Under the pieces are notes generated by a model that was given only the letters and a program-made list of their open reading frames with translations, ran no database searches and was not told the origin of the DNA. Below, piece by piece: positions 27,636 to 37,831 of a stretch of DNA of 64,000 bases. Numbering within the stretch: the first letter of the stretch is position 1; each line of letters opens with the position of its first letter. Origin of the DNA: an uncultured Christensenellaceae bacterium (GTDB taxonomy: Bacteria > Bacillota > Clostridia > Christensenellales > UBA3700); contig CALWKS010000005.1 of the NCBI GenBank assembly GCA_944381325.1, positions 38,827-102,826 on the forward strand, in the 5' to 3' direction. The translations under genes and the position numbers were made by a program.

Positions 27636-28583
27636 ATGATACTTGTAAAAAAGACGGCAGTCCTTTCGCCGCGCGGCGCTCACGGTGTTTCGGGAGTGGC
27701 AAGGTTTGAATGTTTTAAAGAAAAATCAGACGTAAAGATAAGTCTTGCGGGTGGACGAAAAGACCTTTACGCAGTTGTTGCGGTGGGAGAAGAAAAGAGA
27801 GTTGTGAAGCTCAGCGGCGCAAGAATATACCTGGCACGGACAGATCTGAGCGGACCTTGTGCGGCAATCGTTGCGGACGGTGAAAAAAGGGTGCTTTGCG
27901 CGGGCGCGACCGTGAGCGGATACGATTTTACCCCGCTTGAAAAATTCTTGCCGTCGGCATTCGGCGAAACGTCTGAAACGGATAGGTCGGTAAATATTTC
28001 TGAAAACAAAATAAACGATAGAGAAATATCAGATAAAGATACAATCGCTTCTGAGAGTAATGCGGAAGAAATTGAAGCCGTAAAGGCAGAAGAAAAGCCG
28101 GAAAATAACGAAATAAGCGATATTGCGGCATATGCGGACGACGGCAAAGAAATTGAGACAGAAGCAGTTAAAGAGGAAAAAGATTCGGTGGATAGTAAGA
28201 AAACGCCTGAGACAGAAAATAAAGATGTAAAGTCTGTTGTCGAAGAGAATCAGGAAAGCGCAGATAAAGAAGTCAGGTTTTTCGATAAAATAGCAGATAA
28301 GATAGAAAAGCTCTTTGCTGAGAACGATAAGGACGAAGAACTGACCGTTCTTATTCCCGACTCGCGTTGGGTGAGAGTGAAGGCTGATGACGGCTGGTAC
28401 GTGGTCGGCATTGTGGGTGAACCTGCTGAATTTATCTGCTACGGAATTCCCGACGACGATGCGACCAATCCCCCCGACGAAGAAGAGGGCTGTCGTCAGT
28501 GGCTTGAAATCGAAAGAGGCGGCAGAGGTTACTGGATGATGTATCAGTCTGCCGAAAGCGGAGAAACTCTGACTGCTATCTGA
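27636..28583 (+). CDS. Hypothetical protein with a highly acidic low-complexity centre and a conserved-looking C-terminal domain
   Basis: RBS GGAGG. The middle ~130 aa is E/D/K-rich. The C-terminus reads WYVVGIVGEPAEFICYGIP...GYWMMYQSAESGETL. Its own terminator lies at 28609-28634. Confidence 0.6.
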   Translation: MILVKKTAVLSPRGAHGVSGVARFECFKEKSDVKISLAGGRKDLYAVVAVGEEKRVVKLSGARIYLARTDLSGPCAAIVADGEKRVLCAGATVSGYDFTPLEKFLPSAFGETSETDRSVNISENKINDREISDKDTIASESNAEEIEAVKAEEKPENNEISDIAAYADDGKEIETEAVKEEKDSVDSKKTPETENKDVKSVVEENQESADKEVRFFDKIADKIEKLFAENDKDEELTVLIPDSRWVRVKADDGWYVVGIVGEPAEFICYGIPDDDATNPPDEEEGCRQWLEIERGGRGYWMMYQSAESGETLTAI

Positions 28584-28726
28584 AAATATTGAGAGGATAA
28601 ACCGTATTCCGCGCCTTGCAAAGGGCGCGGTTTCAGTATTTTCTTATGCCACATCGGAATAACAGACGGCTTTAAGTTTTATGTGTAAAATGTAGGTAAT
28701 AACTGCGGGGCAATCTTTGCAACGGA

Positions 28727-28755
28727 TTGACAACGCGCACCCCCGCGCATACAAT
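28727..28755 (+). promoter_or_regulatory. Sigma-70 promoter of the MacB-like ABC gene
   Basis: TTGACA, 17 nt, TACAAT, about 28 nt upstream of the ATG at 28784. Confidence 0.55.
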
Positions 28756-28783
28756 AAGAGATACCAACCAAGGAGACACTTGT

Positions 28784-31195
28784 ATGCTTAAACTTGAAGG
28801 AATCACAAAGGATTACAAAGCCGGCGACGGCGTCGTACATGCGCTCAAGGGAATAAACCTTGAATTCCGTCGTACTGAATTCGTGTCCATTCTGGGACAC
28901 AGCGGTTGCGGCAAGACGACGATGCTCAACATTATCGGCGGTCTTGACAGATATACTGAAGGGGATATGTCCATCGACGGAGTGTCGACGAAGAAATACA
29001 AGGACGTTGACTGGGATACATACCGCAATATAAAAGTCGGCTTCGTTTTCCAGAGCTATAATCTTATTCAGCATCTTACGATACTGGACAACGTGGCTAT
29101 GGCGCTCACTCTTTCGGGCGTAGGACTTCAGGAGCGTAAAAGACGCGCTGAAGAAGCTCTAAAAACGGTGGGTTTGGAAGCGCAGATGAAAAAGCTGCCC
29201 AATCAGCTCTCGGGCGGTCAGATGCAGAGAGTGTCTATTGCGCGTGCTATCGTAAACAATCCCGATATTATACTTGCAGACGAGCCTACGGGCGCGCTCG
29301 ACAGCGCGACCAGCGTGCAGGTCATGGATCTTCTTAAGGAGATTTCGCGTACCAAGCTTGTCATTATGGTTACGCACAACCGCGAGCTTGCGGAGCAGTA
29401 TTCGACCCGTATCGTAAGCGTCAAGGACGGCGAGATAGTCGGAGACACCATGCCTTACAACGGTGAGGACGATATCCCTGCAATTACTGATTTCCACGCG
29501 TCAGACAAAGAAAAGAAAAAGAAGCTTAAAAAATCGTCGATGAGCTATTCCACCGCGATAAAGCTTTCTTTCAAAAACCTTATGACAAAAAAAGGCAGAA
29601 CGATCATGACTTCCGTTGCGGGAAGCATAGGCATTATCGGCGTATGCCTCGTTCTTGCCATTTCAAACGGATTTACAAATTACGTAAACGACTTGCAGAG
29701 GACCGTTCTAGCAGGTTATCCCGTGCAGATCGCTCAGGAAACCGTTAATTTAACAGAAATTATCGGAGCGTTTATGGGGGGTACATACGCTGACGGTAAA
29801 AAAGAGCAGTATCCCGATGGAAATACAGTTATTCAATATGATCCATCGAGTTTAATGAATAATTATATGATCAACAATGATTTTGGTCAGGATTATATTG
29901 ACTATGTGAATGCGATTTCTGATAAAGGTTGGGCTAGCGGTATTTCATATACTTATAATATGGATATCTGCGTGGTAGGAAAAACAATAAACGCAGGAAA
30001 AACATCTTATGAAAGAGTAAACTCTAGAAAAGAAATAGATCCTTCAAATCCAGGAACAATGCTTCAAACAGGACCAAATATCAGATGGTCCGAAATGATT
30101 GGAGATGAAAGTTTTATATTAAAACAATATGATATTTTAGCAGGAGAATTTCCTTCAAATAAAAATCAAGTTGTACTTGTCGTTGATTCTTATAATCAAT
30201 CAAATATCAATGTTTTGAAAGGTCTCGGTTTCAAGTCTTCTCAGAAAGAAGTTACTTTTGACGATATTGTCGGCACGAAGCTGAGAGTCGTTTCAAACAA
30301 CGATTTATACACTGAAGGCGAAAACGGGTTGTTTGCAGAAAAGACGTCGAGTGAAGAGCTCGGTGAGCTATACAACGCACCCGCAAGCGATACCAATCTG
30401 GAGATAGAGGTCGTCGGCGTTCTGAGACCGAAAGAGGGCACTCAGCTTGCGCTTTTGTCAACGGGTATCAACTATACAAGCGAGCTTACTCAATATCTTC
30501 TTGACGTAAATTCAAAATCGCGCGTAGTAGAAGCGCAGTCTGCAAATACAGAAATAAACGTTACTACGGGTATGCCGTTTACTGAAAAAAAGGATACTTA
30601 TCGCAAGACTATGCAGAAACTGGGCGGGGATAATACCCCTACGGGAATGAACATTTACCCCAAGGATTTTGAGGGCAAAGAAGCAATAATTTCATATCTC
30701 GACGCATGGAACAATAACAATCCTTCATCTGAAGTCATTTACGTCGATATGTCTGAAATGGCAACGAGTATGATGAACGAAATAATAAGGATAATATCTA
30801 TTGTTCTTGTATGCTTTGCGGCAATATCGCTGGTCGTCTCTTCGGTAATGATAGGCATAATCACATACGTATCCGTCGTCGAAAGAACCAAAGAGATAGG
30901 TATTTTAAGAAGTCTCGGCGCACGAAAGATAGATATATCCAACGTCTTCAATGCAGAAACCTTTATTATAGGTCTGCTGGCAGGCGTGATAGGCGTAATA
31001 ATAACTTACATACTGAGCATACCTATAAACCTTATTATATACAGCCTTTCGGGCATAGGCACGCTGTGCGTTCTGTCGCCGTGGCACGCTATACTGATGA
31101 TAGTCGTAAGCTTTGTGCTTACGCTTATAGCAGGTCTCGTACCGTCTTCGGTAGCGGCAAAGAAAGACCCTGTCGTTGCGTTGAGGACAGAATAA
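28784..31195 (+). CDS. Fused ABC ATPase + FtsX/MacB-type permease
   Basis: Start at 28784 (RBS AAGGAG). Walker A GHSGCGKTT, signature LSGGQMQR, Walker B LADEPTGALD. Then TM1, a large (~350-aa) extracytoplasmic domain, and the FtsX C-terminus (ERTKEIGILRSLGA). Confidence 0.85.
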   Translation: MLKLEGITKDYKAGDGVVHALKGINLEFRRTEFVSILGHSGCGKTTMLNIIGGLDRYTEGDMSIDGVSTKKYKDVDWDTYRNIKVGFVFQSYNLIQHLTILDNVAMALTLSGVGLQERKRRAEEALKTVGLEAQMKKLPNQLSGGQMQRVSIARAIVNNPDIILADEPTGALDSATSVQVMDLLKEISRTKLVIMVTHNRELAEQYSTRIVSVKDGEIVGDTMPYNGEDDIPAITDFHASDKEKKKKLKKSSMSYSTAIKLSFKNLMTKKGRTIMTSVAGSIGIIGVCLVLAISNGFTNYVNDLQRTVLAGYPVQIAQETVNLTEIIGAFMGGTYADGKKEQYPDGNTVIQYDPSSLMNNYMINNDFGQDYIDYVNAISDKGWASGISYTYNMDICVVGKTINAGKTSYERVNSRKEIDPSNPGTMLQTGPNIRWSEMIGDESFILKQYDILAGEFPSNKNQVVLVVDSYNQSNINVLKGLGFKSSQKEVTFDDIVGTKLRVVSNNDLYTEGENGLFAEKTSSEELGELYNAPASDTNLEIEVVGVLRPKEGTQLALLSTGINYTSELTQYLLDVNSKSRVVEAQSANTEINVTTGMPFTEKKDTYRKTMQKLGGDNTPTGMNIYPKDFEGKEAIISYLDAWNNNNPSSEVIYVDMSEMATSMMNEIIRIISIVLVCFAAISLVVSSVMIGIITYVSVVERTKEIGILRSLGARKIDISNVFNAETFIIGLLAGVIGVIITYILSIPINLIIYSLSGIGTLCVLSPWHAILMIVVSFVLTLIAGLVPSSVAAKKDPVVALRTE

Positions 31196-31244
31196 ATTCA
31201 TATGCGTTCGGCTTAAGGTAAAAATAAAACCAATATTGATATGC

Positions 31245-31288
31245 AATCGGCATTCTTACCGCTGTAAACGGAAAGAGTGCCGATTTTA
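31245..31288 (+). terminator. Rho-independent terminator
   Basis: aatcggcattctt...aagagtgccgatt followed by TTTT. Confidence 0.55.
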
Positions 31289-31351
31289 AAATGTATTGTT
31301 TTGCGAAAACGTCATTAAGTTAAAAAATTCTTTAAAAGATTATTCAAGTGT

Positions 31352-31380
31352 TTGCCATTTGAGCGGCTATTATATATAAT
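31352..31380 (+). promoter_or_regulatory. Sigma-70 promoter of the GS-III gene
   Basis: TTGCCA, 17 nt, TATAAT. The leader to the ATG is only ~40 nt. Confidence 0.55.
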
Positions 31381-31419
31381 AGTGTTGTCGTAAATAACGG
31401 CGGTTATCCGGAGATAAAT

Positions 31420-33540
31420 ATGAGAATTACCGAAAGCAAAAAGATTACAGATTTTTTCGGCTGTCACGTTTTCAATGACAGCGTCATGAAGAAGTATCTG
31501 TCAGCAGATACTTACAAAGAACTCAAAGAAGTTATCGATCAGGGCAAGCCGCTTGAAAAAGAGCTTGCAAACAAAGTCGCTGAGGCTATGAAAGAGTGGA
31601 GCTGTGAAAACGGCGCTACGCACTACACGCACTGGTTTCAGCCTCTTACGGGTACGACTGCAGAAAAACACGACAGTTTTATTTCAATTGACAAGCAGGG
31701 CAATCCTATCCTTGAGTTTACGGGAAGCAATCTGCGTAAAGGCGAGGCGGACGCGTCCAGTTTTCCTTCAGGCGGCATAAGAGCGACTTTCGAAGCCCGC
31801 GGATATACGGCGTGGGACTGTTCTTCTCCCGCGTTTATAAAAAAGCCCAAGGACGGCGCAGGCGTGCTCTGCATTCCTACGGCTTTCTGTTCTTACACTG
31901 GCGAAGCGCTTGACAAAAAGACACCGCTTCTCAAGTCAATGGAAGCGATAAACAAAGAAGGACTCAGACTTCTCAAGATCCTCGGCGTTGACGCCAACAG
32001 AGTTATCGCCAACGTCGGCGGAGAGCAGGAATATTTCCTTGTCGACAAAAAGGACTTCGATAAGAGATACGACCTGGAGTTTACAGGCCGTACGCTTTTC
32101 GGCGCTATGCCTCCCAAAGGACAGGAGAAAAACGATCAGTATTACGCAAGCATCCGCGACAGAGTAAGCGATTTCATGGCTGACCTCAACGAGGAATTGT
32201 GGAAGCTCGGCATCACCGCAAAAACTCAGCACAACGAGGTGGCTCCCGCTCAGCATGAGCTTGCACCTATATTCTGTCAGGCAAATATCGCTACTGATCA
32301 GAATCAGCTGATTATGGAGACTATGAAAAAGGTTGCCGATCAGAGAGGACTTGCATGCCTTCTGCACGAAAAACCTTTTGCAGGCATAAACGGCAGCGGC
32401 AAGCACTGCAATTATTCTCTGGGCACAGATACTGGGCTCAATCTGCTCAAGCCGGGCAGCAATCCCGCAGAAAATAAAGTGTTCCTGCTGTTCTTCCTCG
32501 CAGTGATCGCAGGCGTTGACGAATATTACGATCTGCTCAGAATGAGCGCGTCGAGCCTCGGCAATGACTGGAGACTCGGCGGACACGAAGCGCCCCCGTC
32601 TATCATTTCAGTGTTTATCGGCGGAGATATGCAGACTCTTCTCGACGATATCAGCGAAGGTCATACCATTGCCAGCGCGACAAAGCAGTATATCAATATG
32701 GGCGTAAACTACGTAGCTCAGCCCAAGAAGGATACGTCAGACCGCAACCGTACCTCTCCCTTTGCGTTTACGGGCAACAAGTTTGAATTCAGAATGGTAG
32801 GAAGTTCGGCTACGCTGTCCACTCCTACGCTTATCATGAACGCGATGACGGCAGAGATGATTTCAAGAATGGCTGACACTCTTGAAAATGTTGCCAAGAA
32901 AGACCTTGACAAGGCTATTCTCGATCTTGTAAAGAAGACTTACAACGAGCATAAGCGCATTATCTTCAACGGCAACAATTACAGCAGAGAATGGGCAAAA
33001 GAAGCAAAGAAGCGCGGACTTGACACTGCTACAAACAGCGTAGACGCTTACGAAGCTATGACAAAGCCCAAAAATATGGAGCTTTTCTTAAAGCACAATC
33101 TGCTGTCAGTAAAGGAAATGGAGAGCCGTCGCGCGATCTATCTCGATAACTACGTCAAGAGCGCGAACATAGAAGCAGAAACGGCGCTGCTTATGGCAAG
33201 AAATCAGATCCTGCCCGCAGTTCTCAGATGGCAGTACACTTTGGCTAAACAGATAAACGAAATCAGCAAGGTTGATCCTGAATACGCAAGCGTTCAGAAG
33301 TCTATGCTCAAGAACGTAAGCGCCCTCGTAAAGGGACTCAAAGACAATATCGACGCGCTTCAGACCGCCAAAGACGGCGCGTTTGCGGCGACGGATACAA
33401 AGAAGCAGGCAATACTTTTCCGCGACAGAGTAAAGCTTGTCATGGAAAAACTGCGCGACTATGCGGACAAGCTGGAAAGCATCACTCCTCAGGAGATGTG
33501 GCCTTTCCCGACTTATGCGGACATACTTTTCTACGAATAA
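31420..33540 (+). CDS. glnN: Glutamine synthetase type III
   Basis: 706 aa. The GSIII N-terminal region includes THYTHWFQPLTG; the catalytic core includes HNEVAPAQHELAPIF. Confidence 0.88.
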   Translation: MRITESKKITDFFGCHVFNDSVMKKYLSADTYKELKEVIDQGKPLEKELANKVAEAMKEWSCENGATHYTHWFQPLTGTTAEKHDSFISIDKQGNPILEFTGSNLRKGEADASSFPSGGIRATFEARGYTAWDCSSPAFIKKPKDGAGVLCIPTAFCSYTGEALDKKTPLLKSMEAINKEGLRLLKILGVDANRVIANVGGEQEYFLVDKKDFDKRYDLEFTGRTLFGAMPPKGQEKNDQYYASIRDRVSDFMADLNEELWKLGITAKTQHNEVAPAQHELAPIFCQANIATDQNQLIMETMKKVADQRGLACLLHEKPFAGINGSGKHCNYSLGTDTGLNLLKPGSNPAENKVFLLFFLAVIAGVDEYYDLLRMSASSLGNDWRLGGHEAPPSIISVFIGGDMQTLLDDISEGHTIASATKQYINMGVNYVAQPKKDTSDRNRTSPFAFTGNKFEFRMVGSSATLSTPTLIMNAMTAEMISRMADTLENVAKKDLDKAILDLVKKTYNEHKRIIFNGNNYSREWAKEAKKRGLDTATNSVDAYEAMTKPKNMELFLKHNLLSVKEMESRRAIYLDNYVKSANIEAETALLMARNQILPAVLRWQYTLAKQINEISKVDPEYASVQKSMLKNVSALVKGLKDNIDALQTAKDGAFAATDTKKQAILFRDRVKLVMEKLRDYADKLESITPQEMWPFPTYADILFYE

Positions 33541-33557
33541 AAAAGAGGTAAAAATAT

Positions 33558-35345
33558 ATGAAAAAGATGACATCGGAGCAACTGAGATCGAGTTATCTCG
33601 AGTTCTTCAAAGAACGCGGACACGCTATTATCCCGTCCGCTTCGCTCATTCCTGAAAACGACCCGTCAGTTCTTTTCACTACTGCGGGAATGCATCCGCT
33701 GGTGCCCTATCTTCTCGGACAGAAGCACCCTGCGGGCAAACGCCTTACCGACGTGCAGAAATGCGTGCGTACGGGCGATATAGACGAGGTTGGCGACGCA
33801 ACGCACCTCACGTTCTTCGAAATGCTGGGCAACTGGTCTCTCGGCGACTATTTCAAGGACGAGTCGATCGGATTTTCTTTCGATTTCCTGACCAAAGTGC
33901 TCGAGATACCCGTTGAAAAAATCGCTGTTACCGTATTTGCAGGCGACGAGGATTGCCCCAGAGACACCTTTGCCGCAAGCGTATGGGAAAAGCACGGCAT
34001 TCCCAAGGACAGAATTTTCTATCTGCCCAAGAAAAACAACTGGTGGTATGCAGGCGCTACAGGTCCTTGCGGAAGCGATACCGAAATCTTTATAGACACT
34101 GGCAAGCCCGCTTGCTCAGATCACTGCGATCCGTCCTGCGACTGCGGAAAATGGGTTGAGATCTGGAACAACGTGTTTATGGAATTCAACCGCAATGCAG
34201 ACGGCAAGTTCGAGCCGCTCAAACAGAAGAACGTCGATACAGGTATGGGTCTCGAGCGTACCGTATGCATGATAAACGGTCTTAAGAGCGCTTACGAGAC
34301 AGACTTGTTTGCTGACGCGATCGCAAAGATATGTGAAGAAAGCGGTAAGAAATACGGCGAAAACGAAGAGGATACAAGAGCGATAAGAATTATTGCTGAC
34401 CATATCCGCACCGCTACCTTCCTTATCGGCGACGAGCGCGGCATAGTTCCGTCAAACGTCGACCAGGGTTACGTACTTCGCCGTCTTATCAGAAGAAGCG
34501 TAAGATTTGCAAGACAGATAGGTTTTGACAGCACAAAACTCGTTGACCTCGCAAAGATATATATTGAAAAATACAAGAACGTATATCCTGAGCTTCAGAC
34601 CAACGCAGATAAAATCGTCGATGAGCTGACCAAGGAAGAAGAACGCTTCTCAAAGACTCTCGAGAACGGTCTCAAAGAGATAGAAAAGGTTCTCAAGTAC
34701 GTTCAGGGCGACAAGCTCAACGGCAAGACCGCATTCAGACTTTACGATACTTTCGGTTTCCCGATAGAGATGACTGAAGAGATCTGCAGAGAGCGCGGTT
34801 TCGGCGTAGACAAAGAAGGTTACGACAAGGCTTTTGAAGAACATCAGAAGAAATCGCAGGCAGGCGCTGAACAGAAGTTCAAGGGTGGTCTTGCAGATAC
34901 TTCAAAGCGTACGACTTATCTGCATACTGCAACTCATATTCTCCTTGCTTGTCTCAAAAAAGTTCTCGGCAGAGAAGATATTCAGCAGAAAGGTAGCAAC
35001 ATTACAGCTGAAAGATTGCGCTTCGACTTCAACTTTGACAGACCTCTTACAGACGAAGAAAAGAAAGCCGTTGAAGACGCAGTCAACGACGTAATCAAGA
35101 GAGACATTCCCGTCGTTTGCGAAGAGATGACCGTTGAGCAGGCGCGTGAGCAGAACGCAGTCGGCGTATTCGGCAGCAGATACGGCGAGATGGTAAAGGT
35201 TTATACGATTGAAGGCGTTGACAAAGAGATCTGCGGCGGTCCGCATGCAGAGCATACCGGTCAGCTCGTACATTTCAGACTTCTCAAAGAGCAGTCATCC
35301 AGCGCAGGCGTTCGTCGTATAAAAGCGACCATTGACGCGGAGTAA
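33558..35345 (+). CDS. alaS: Alanine--tRNA ligase, short form (595 aa; minimal editing domain, no C-Ala domain)
   Basis: AlaRS N-terminus: LRSSYLEFFKERGHAIIPSASLIPENDPSVLFTTAGM, FFEMLGNWSLGDYFK, EIWNNVFMEF. Editing-site motifs HTATHIL and CGGPH. The protein ends ~45 aa after CGGPH. Confidence 0.8.
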   Translation: MKKMTSEQLRSSYLEFFKERGHAIIPSASLIPENDPSVLFTTAGMHPLVPYLLGQKHPAGKRLTDVQKCVRTGDIDEVGDATHLTFFEMLGNWSLGDYFKDESIGFSFDFLTKVLEIPVEKIAVTVFAGDEDCPRDTFAASVWEKHGIPKDRIFYLPKKNNWWYAGATGPCGSDTEIFIDTGKPACSDHCDPSCDCGKWVEIWNNVFMEFNRNADGKFEPLKQKNVDTGMGLERTVCMINGLKSAYETDLFADAIAKICEESGKKYGENEEDTRAIRIIADHIRTATFLIGDERGIVPSNVDQGYVLRRLIRRSVRFARQIGFDSTKLVDLAKIYIEKYKNVYPELQTNADKIVDELTKEEERFSKTLENGLKEIEKVLKYVQGDKLNGKTAFRLYDTFGFPIEMTEEICRERGFGVDKEGYDKAFEEHQKKSQAGAEQKFKGGLADTSKRTTYLHTATHILLACLKKVLGREDIQQKGSNITAERLRFDFNFDRPLTDEEKKAVEDAVNDVIKRDIPVVCEEMTVEQAREQNAVGVFGSRYGEMVKVYTIEGVDKEICGGPHAEHTGQLVHFRLLKEQSSSAGVRRIKATIDAE

Positions 35346-35363
35346 AAGACTAAATATGAAATG

Positions 35364-35393
35364 AAAACCGCCGTATCAAACGGCGGTTTTTTT
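35364..35393 (+). terminator. Rho-independent terminator of glnN-alaS
   Basis: aaaaccgccg-tatcaaa-cggcggtttt followed by a T-run. Confidence 0.7.
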
Positions 35394-35402
35394 ATTGATG
35401 AT

Positions 35403-35428
35403 AAAAAAACGGACGGGTGACCGTCCGT
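35403..35428 (-). terminator. Rho-independent terminator of purF-asnA
   Basis: acggacgg-gtga-ccgtccgt with a T-run on the minus strand. Confidence 0.65.
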
Positions 35429-35453
35429 TGATTTTTTATATTGTTGATTATAC

Positions 35454-36425
35454 TTACAGCAAGGTTATGCCTTGTTTTTTGCAGTCTTCTATCATTTCCT
35501 GAGGCCAGATAGATGCCTGAACTTCGCCTATATGGCGCTTGCCGAGCATGAACATACAAAGTCTTGACTGACCTATGCCGCCGCCGATCGTAAGCGGAAG
35601 TCTGTCTTCAACGAGAGCTTTATGGAAAGGATACTGAAGTCTTGCAGTCTGACCTTCTTCTTCGAGCTGACGGATAAGAGACTCTTTGTCAACGCGGATA
35701 CCCATTGAGGAGATCTCGAAGGCTCTGTCAAGTACGGGATAATAAAGCACTATATCGCCGTTGAGCGCCCAGTCGTCATAGTCGGGAGCTCTGCCGTCGT
35801 GCTTTTTGCCGCTTCTGAGTTTGCCGCCAATCTTCATGAGGAACATCGCGCCGCATTTTTTAACAAACGCCGTTTCTCTCTGAGAAGGGGTAAGGTCAGG
35901 ATAAAGGTCTTCCAGTTCCTGAGTGGTAACGAAAGTTATTTTATCGGGTAGAGAGGTCGTCTTTTCTCCGAAATGTCCCTGAAGTGCGTTCATACATTCT
36001 TTGAGCGCTTCGTATATCTTTTCAACTGTAGATTTCAGATATTCTTCAGTCCTGTTAGCGCGGGTGATAACCTTTTCCCAGTCCCACTGGTCTACGTAGA
36101 TAGAATGGATATTGTCGCAGATCTCGTCACGGCGGATAGCGTTCATGTCGGTATAAAGACCGCTGTCAGGCTCAAAGCCGTATTCGTGAAGAGCAAATCT
36201 CTTCCACTTTGCAAGGCTGTGAACGACTTCGGCGACCTTGCCTGTCTGCTTTATATCGAAAGACACTGCACGTTCAACGCCGTTGAGGTTGTCATTGAGT
36301 CCGCTTTCTTCCAGTACGAAAAGAGGGGCGGAGACGCGCGTAAGGTTGAGCTTTGAAGCGAGAAGTCTTTCAAAGCTGTCTTTGAGATATTTTATTTTGA
36401 TTTCCGTTTCGAGAAGACCGGTCAT
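35454..36425 (-). CDS. asnA: Aspartate--ammonia ligase (asparagine synthetase A)
   Basis: 323 aa. Class-II-synthetase-like AsnA motifs: [30 protein letters not shown]. Confidence 0.88.
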   Translation of the reverse strand: MTGLLETEIKIKYLKDSFERLLASKLNLTRVSAPLFVLEESGLNDNLNGVERAVSFDIKQTGKVAEVVHSLAKWKRFALHEYGFEPDSGLYTDMNAIRRDEICDNIHSIYVDQWDWEKVITRANRTEEYLKSTVEKIYEALKECMNALQGHFGEKTTSLPDKITFVTTQELEDLYPDLTPSQRETAFVKKCGAMFLMKIGGKLRSGKKHDGRAPDYDDWALNGDIVLYYPVLDRAFEISSMGIRVDKESLIRQLEEEGQTARLQYPFHKALVEDRLPLTIGGGIGQSRLCMFMLGKRHIGEVQASIWPQEMIEDCKKQGITLL

Positions 36426-36427
36426 AA

Positions 36428-37831
36428 TTATTCAAACTCCGTTTTGTTTACGCTTTCAGGAACGGGGCAGGGGTAATTGCCTGTGAAGCAAGCCTTGCAG
36501 AAAGCGACTTTGCTGAATTTTGCGATTTCGTCAACGCTGTCGGTATCAAGGAAGCCCAGTGAATCCGCGCCGATCTTTCTGCACAGCTCGTCATGCGTAT
36601 AGTTTACGCTTGCAAGCTGGCTTCTGTCGGGGATATCGGTGCCGAAGAAGCAGGGATAAATGAATTTGGGGCTGCTGATACGCACGTGAACTTCTGTTGC
36701 GCCGCCTTTTTTCAGCATTTTGATTATGTTGGCAAGCGTTGTACCTCTTACGATAGAGTCGTCGATGACGATAACGCGTTTGCCGTCGATGTTGGCTTTA
36801 AGAACGTTGAGCTTGAGCGCAACGCTTCTTTCTCTCATTGCCTGAGAAGGCTGAATGAACGTTCTGCCTATATATCTGTTTTTTATAAGACCCACGCCGT
36901 AAGGAATGCCGCTCTGGATAGAGTAGCCGATCGCGCTTGAAAGACCGCTGTCGGGGACGCCGATTACGACATCGGCTTCAACGGGGTGCTGTTTTGCAAG
37001 CATTTTGCCTGCTTCGACGCGCGCTTCGTTTACGCTCTGTCCGTCGATTACGCTGTCGGGACGCGCGAAGTAGATATGTTCGAAAATGCACAGAGCAGAA
37101 GTCTGATTGCAGTAATCTTCAATGCTGAATTCTTCGTTTTGATTTACGACGTAAATTTCACCGGGACGGATGTCTCTTACAAAAGTTGCGCCTACCGTGT
37201 CCAGCGCGCAGCTTTCGCTTGCGAATACTACGCTGTCCTTGATTTTGCCCATACAGAGAGGACGGATGCCGTGAGGATCTCTTACCGCGATGAGTTTTCT
37301 GGGACTCATAACGAGCAGTGAGAAAGAGCCTTCCAGCTGAGGTATAACTGCCTTTACGGCTTCCTCTATGGATTTTGTATGAATACGCGCTTTAGCGATC
37401 AGGTACGCGATTATTTCACTGTCGTTGGTAGAGTGGAAAATAGAGCCCTGTTCAGAAAGTTCTTTGCGCAGCTTGTCTGCGTTGCAGATGTTGCCGTTGT
37501 GAGCTATCGTGATAGAGCCTTTGTAGTATTTAGCGCAGAGGGGCTGAGCGTTTTCTTGCGTATTGCTTCCCGTGGTGGAATATCTTACGTGTCCTACGGC
37601 GATGTCGCCGTCCATAGAAATCATCGGCGAATCCTTGAAGACGTCGCTGACAAGACCCAGGCTTTTATGAATTACGACGTTGCCGTCTTTATTTATAGCG
37701 ATGCCGGCGGCTTCCTGACCGCGGTGCTGCAAAGCAAAAAGACCGAAGTATACGAGGTTGCCCACCTGCTTTATACCGGCCTTGTTGTAAATACCGAAAA
37801 TACCGCATTCTTCGTTAAGTTTACGCGACAT
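36428..37831 (-). CDS. purF: Amidophosphoribosyltransferase
   Basis: Start at 37831 (RBS GGAGGAG) is preferred to 37879. N-terminal nucleophile CGIFGIY, PRPP loop [14 protein letters not shown]-terminal Cys cluster. Confidence 0.92.
   Translation of the reverse strand: MSRKLNEECGIFGIYNKAGIKQVGNLVYFGLFALQHRGQEAAGIAINKDGNVVIHKSLGLVSDVFKDSPMISMDGDIAVGHVRYSTTGSNTQENAQPLCAKYYKGSITIAHNGNICNADKLRKELSEQGSIFHSTNDSEIIAYLIAKARIHTKSIEEAVKAVIPQLEGSFSLLVMSPRKLIAVRDPHGIRPLCMGKIKDSVVFASESCALDTVGATFVRDIRPGEIYVVNQNEEFSIEDYCNQTSALCIFEHIYFARPDSVIDGQSVNEARVEAGKMLAKQHPVEADVVIGVPDSGLSSAIGYSIQSGIPYGVGLIKNRYIGRTFIQPSQAMRERSVALKLNVLKANIDGKRVIVIDDSIVRGTTLANIIKMLKKGGATEVHVRISSPKFIYPCFFGTDIPDRSQLASVNYTHDELCRKIGADSLGFLDTDSVDEIAKFSKVAFCKACFTGNYPCPVPESVNKTEFE

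Noticed and set aside
31196-31419. A glutamine riboswitch or other leader RNA upstream of the GS-III gene
   Set aside because: Most of the gap is taken up by the upstream terminator (31245-31288) and a TTGCCA-17-TATAAT promoter. That leaves only a ~40-nt leader with no conserved structure.
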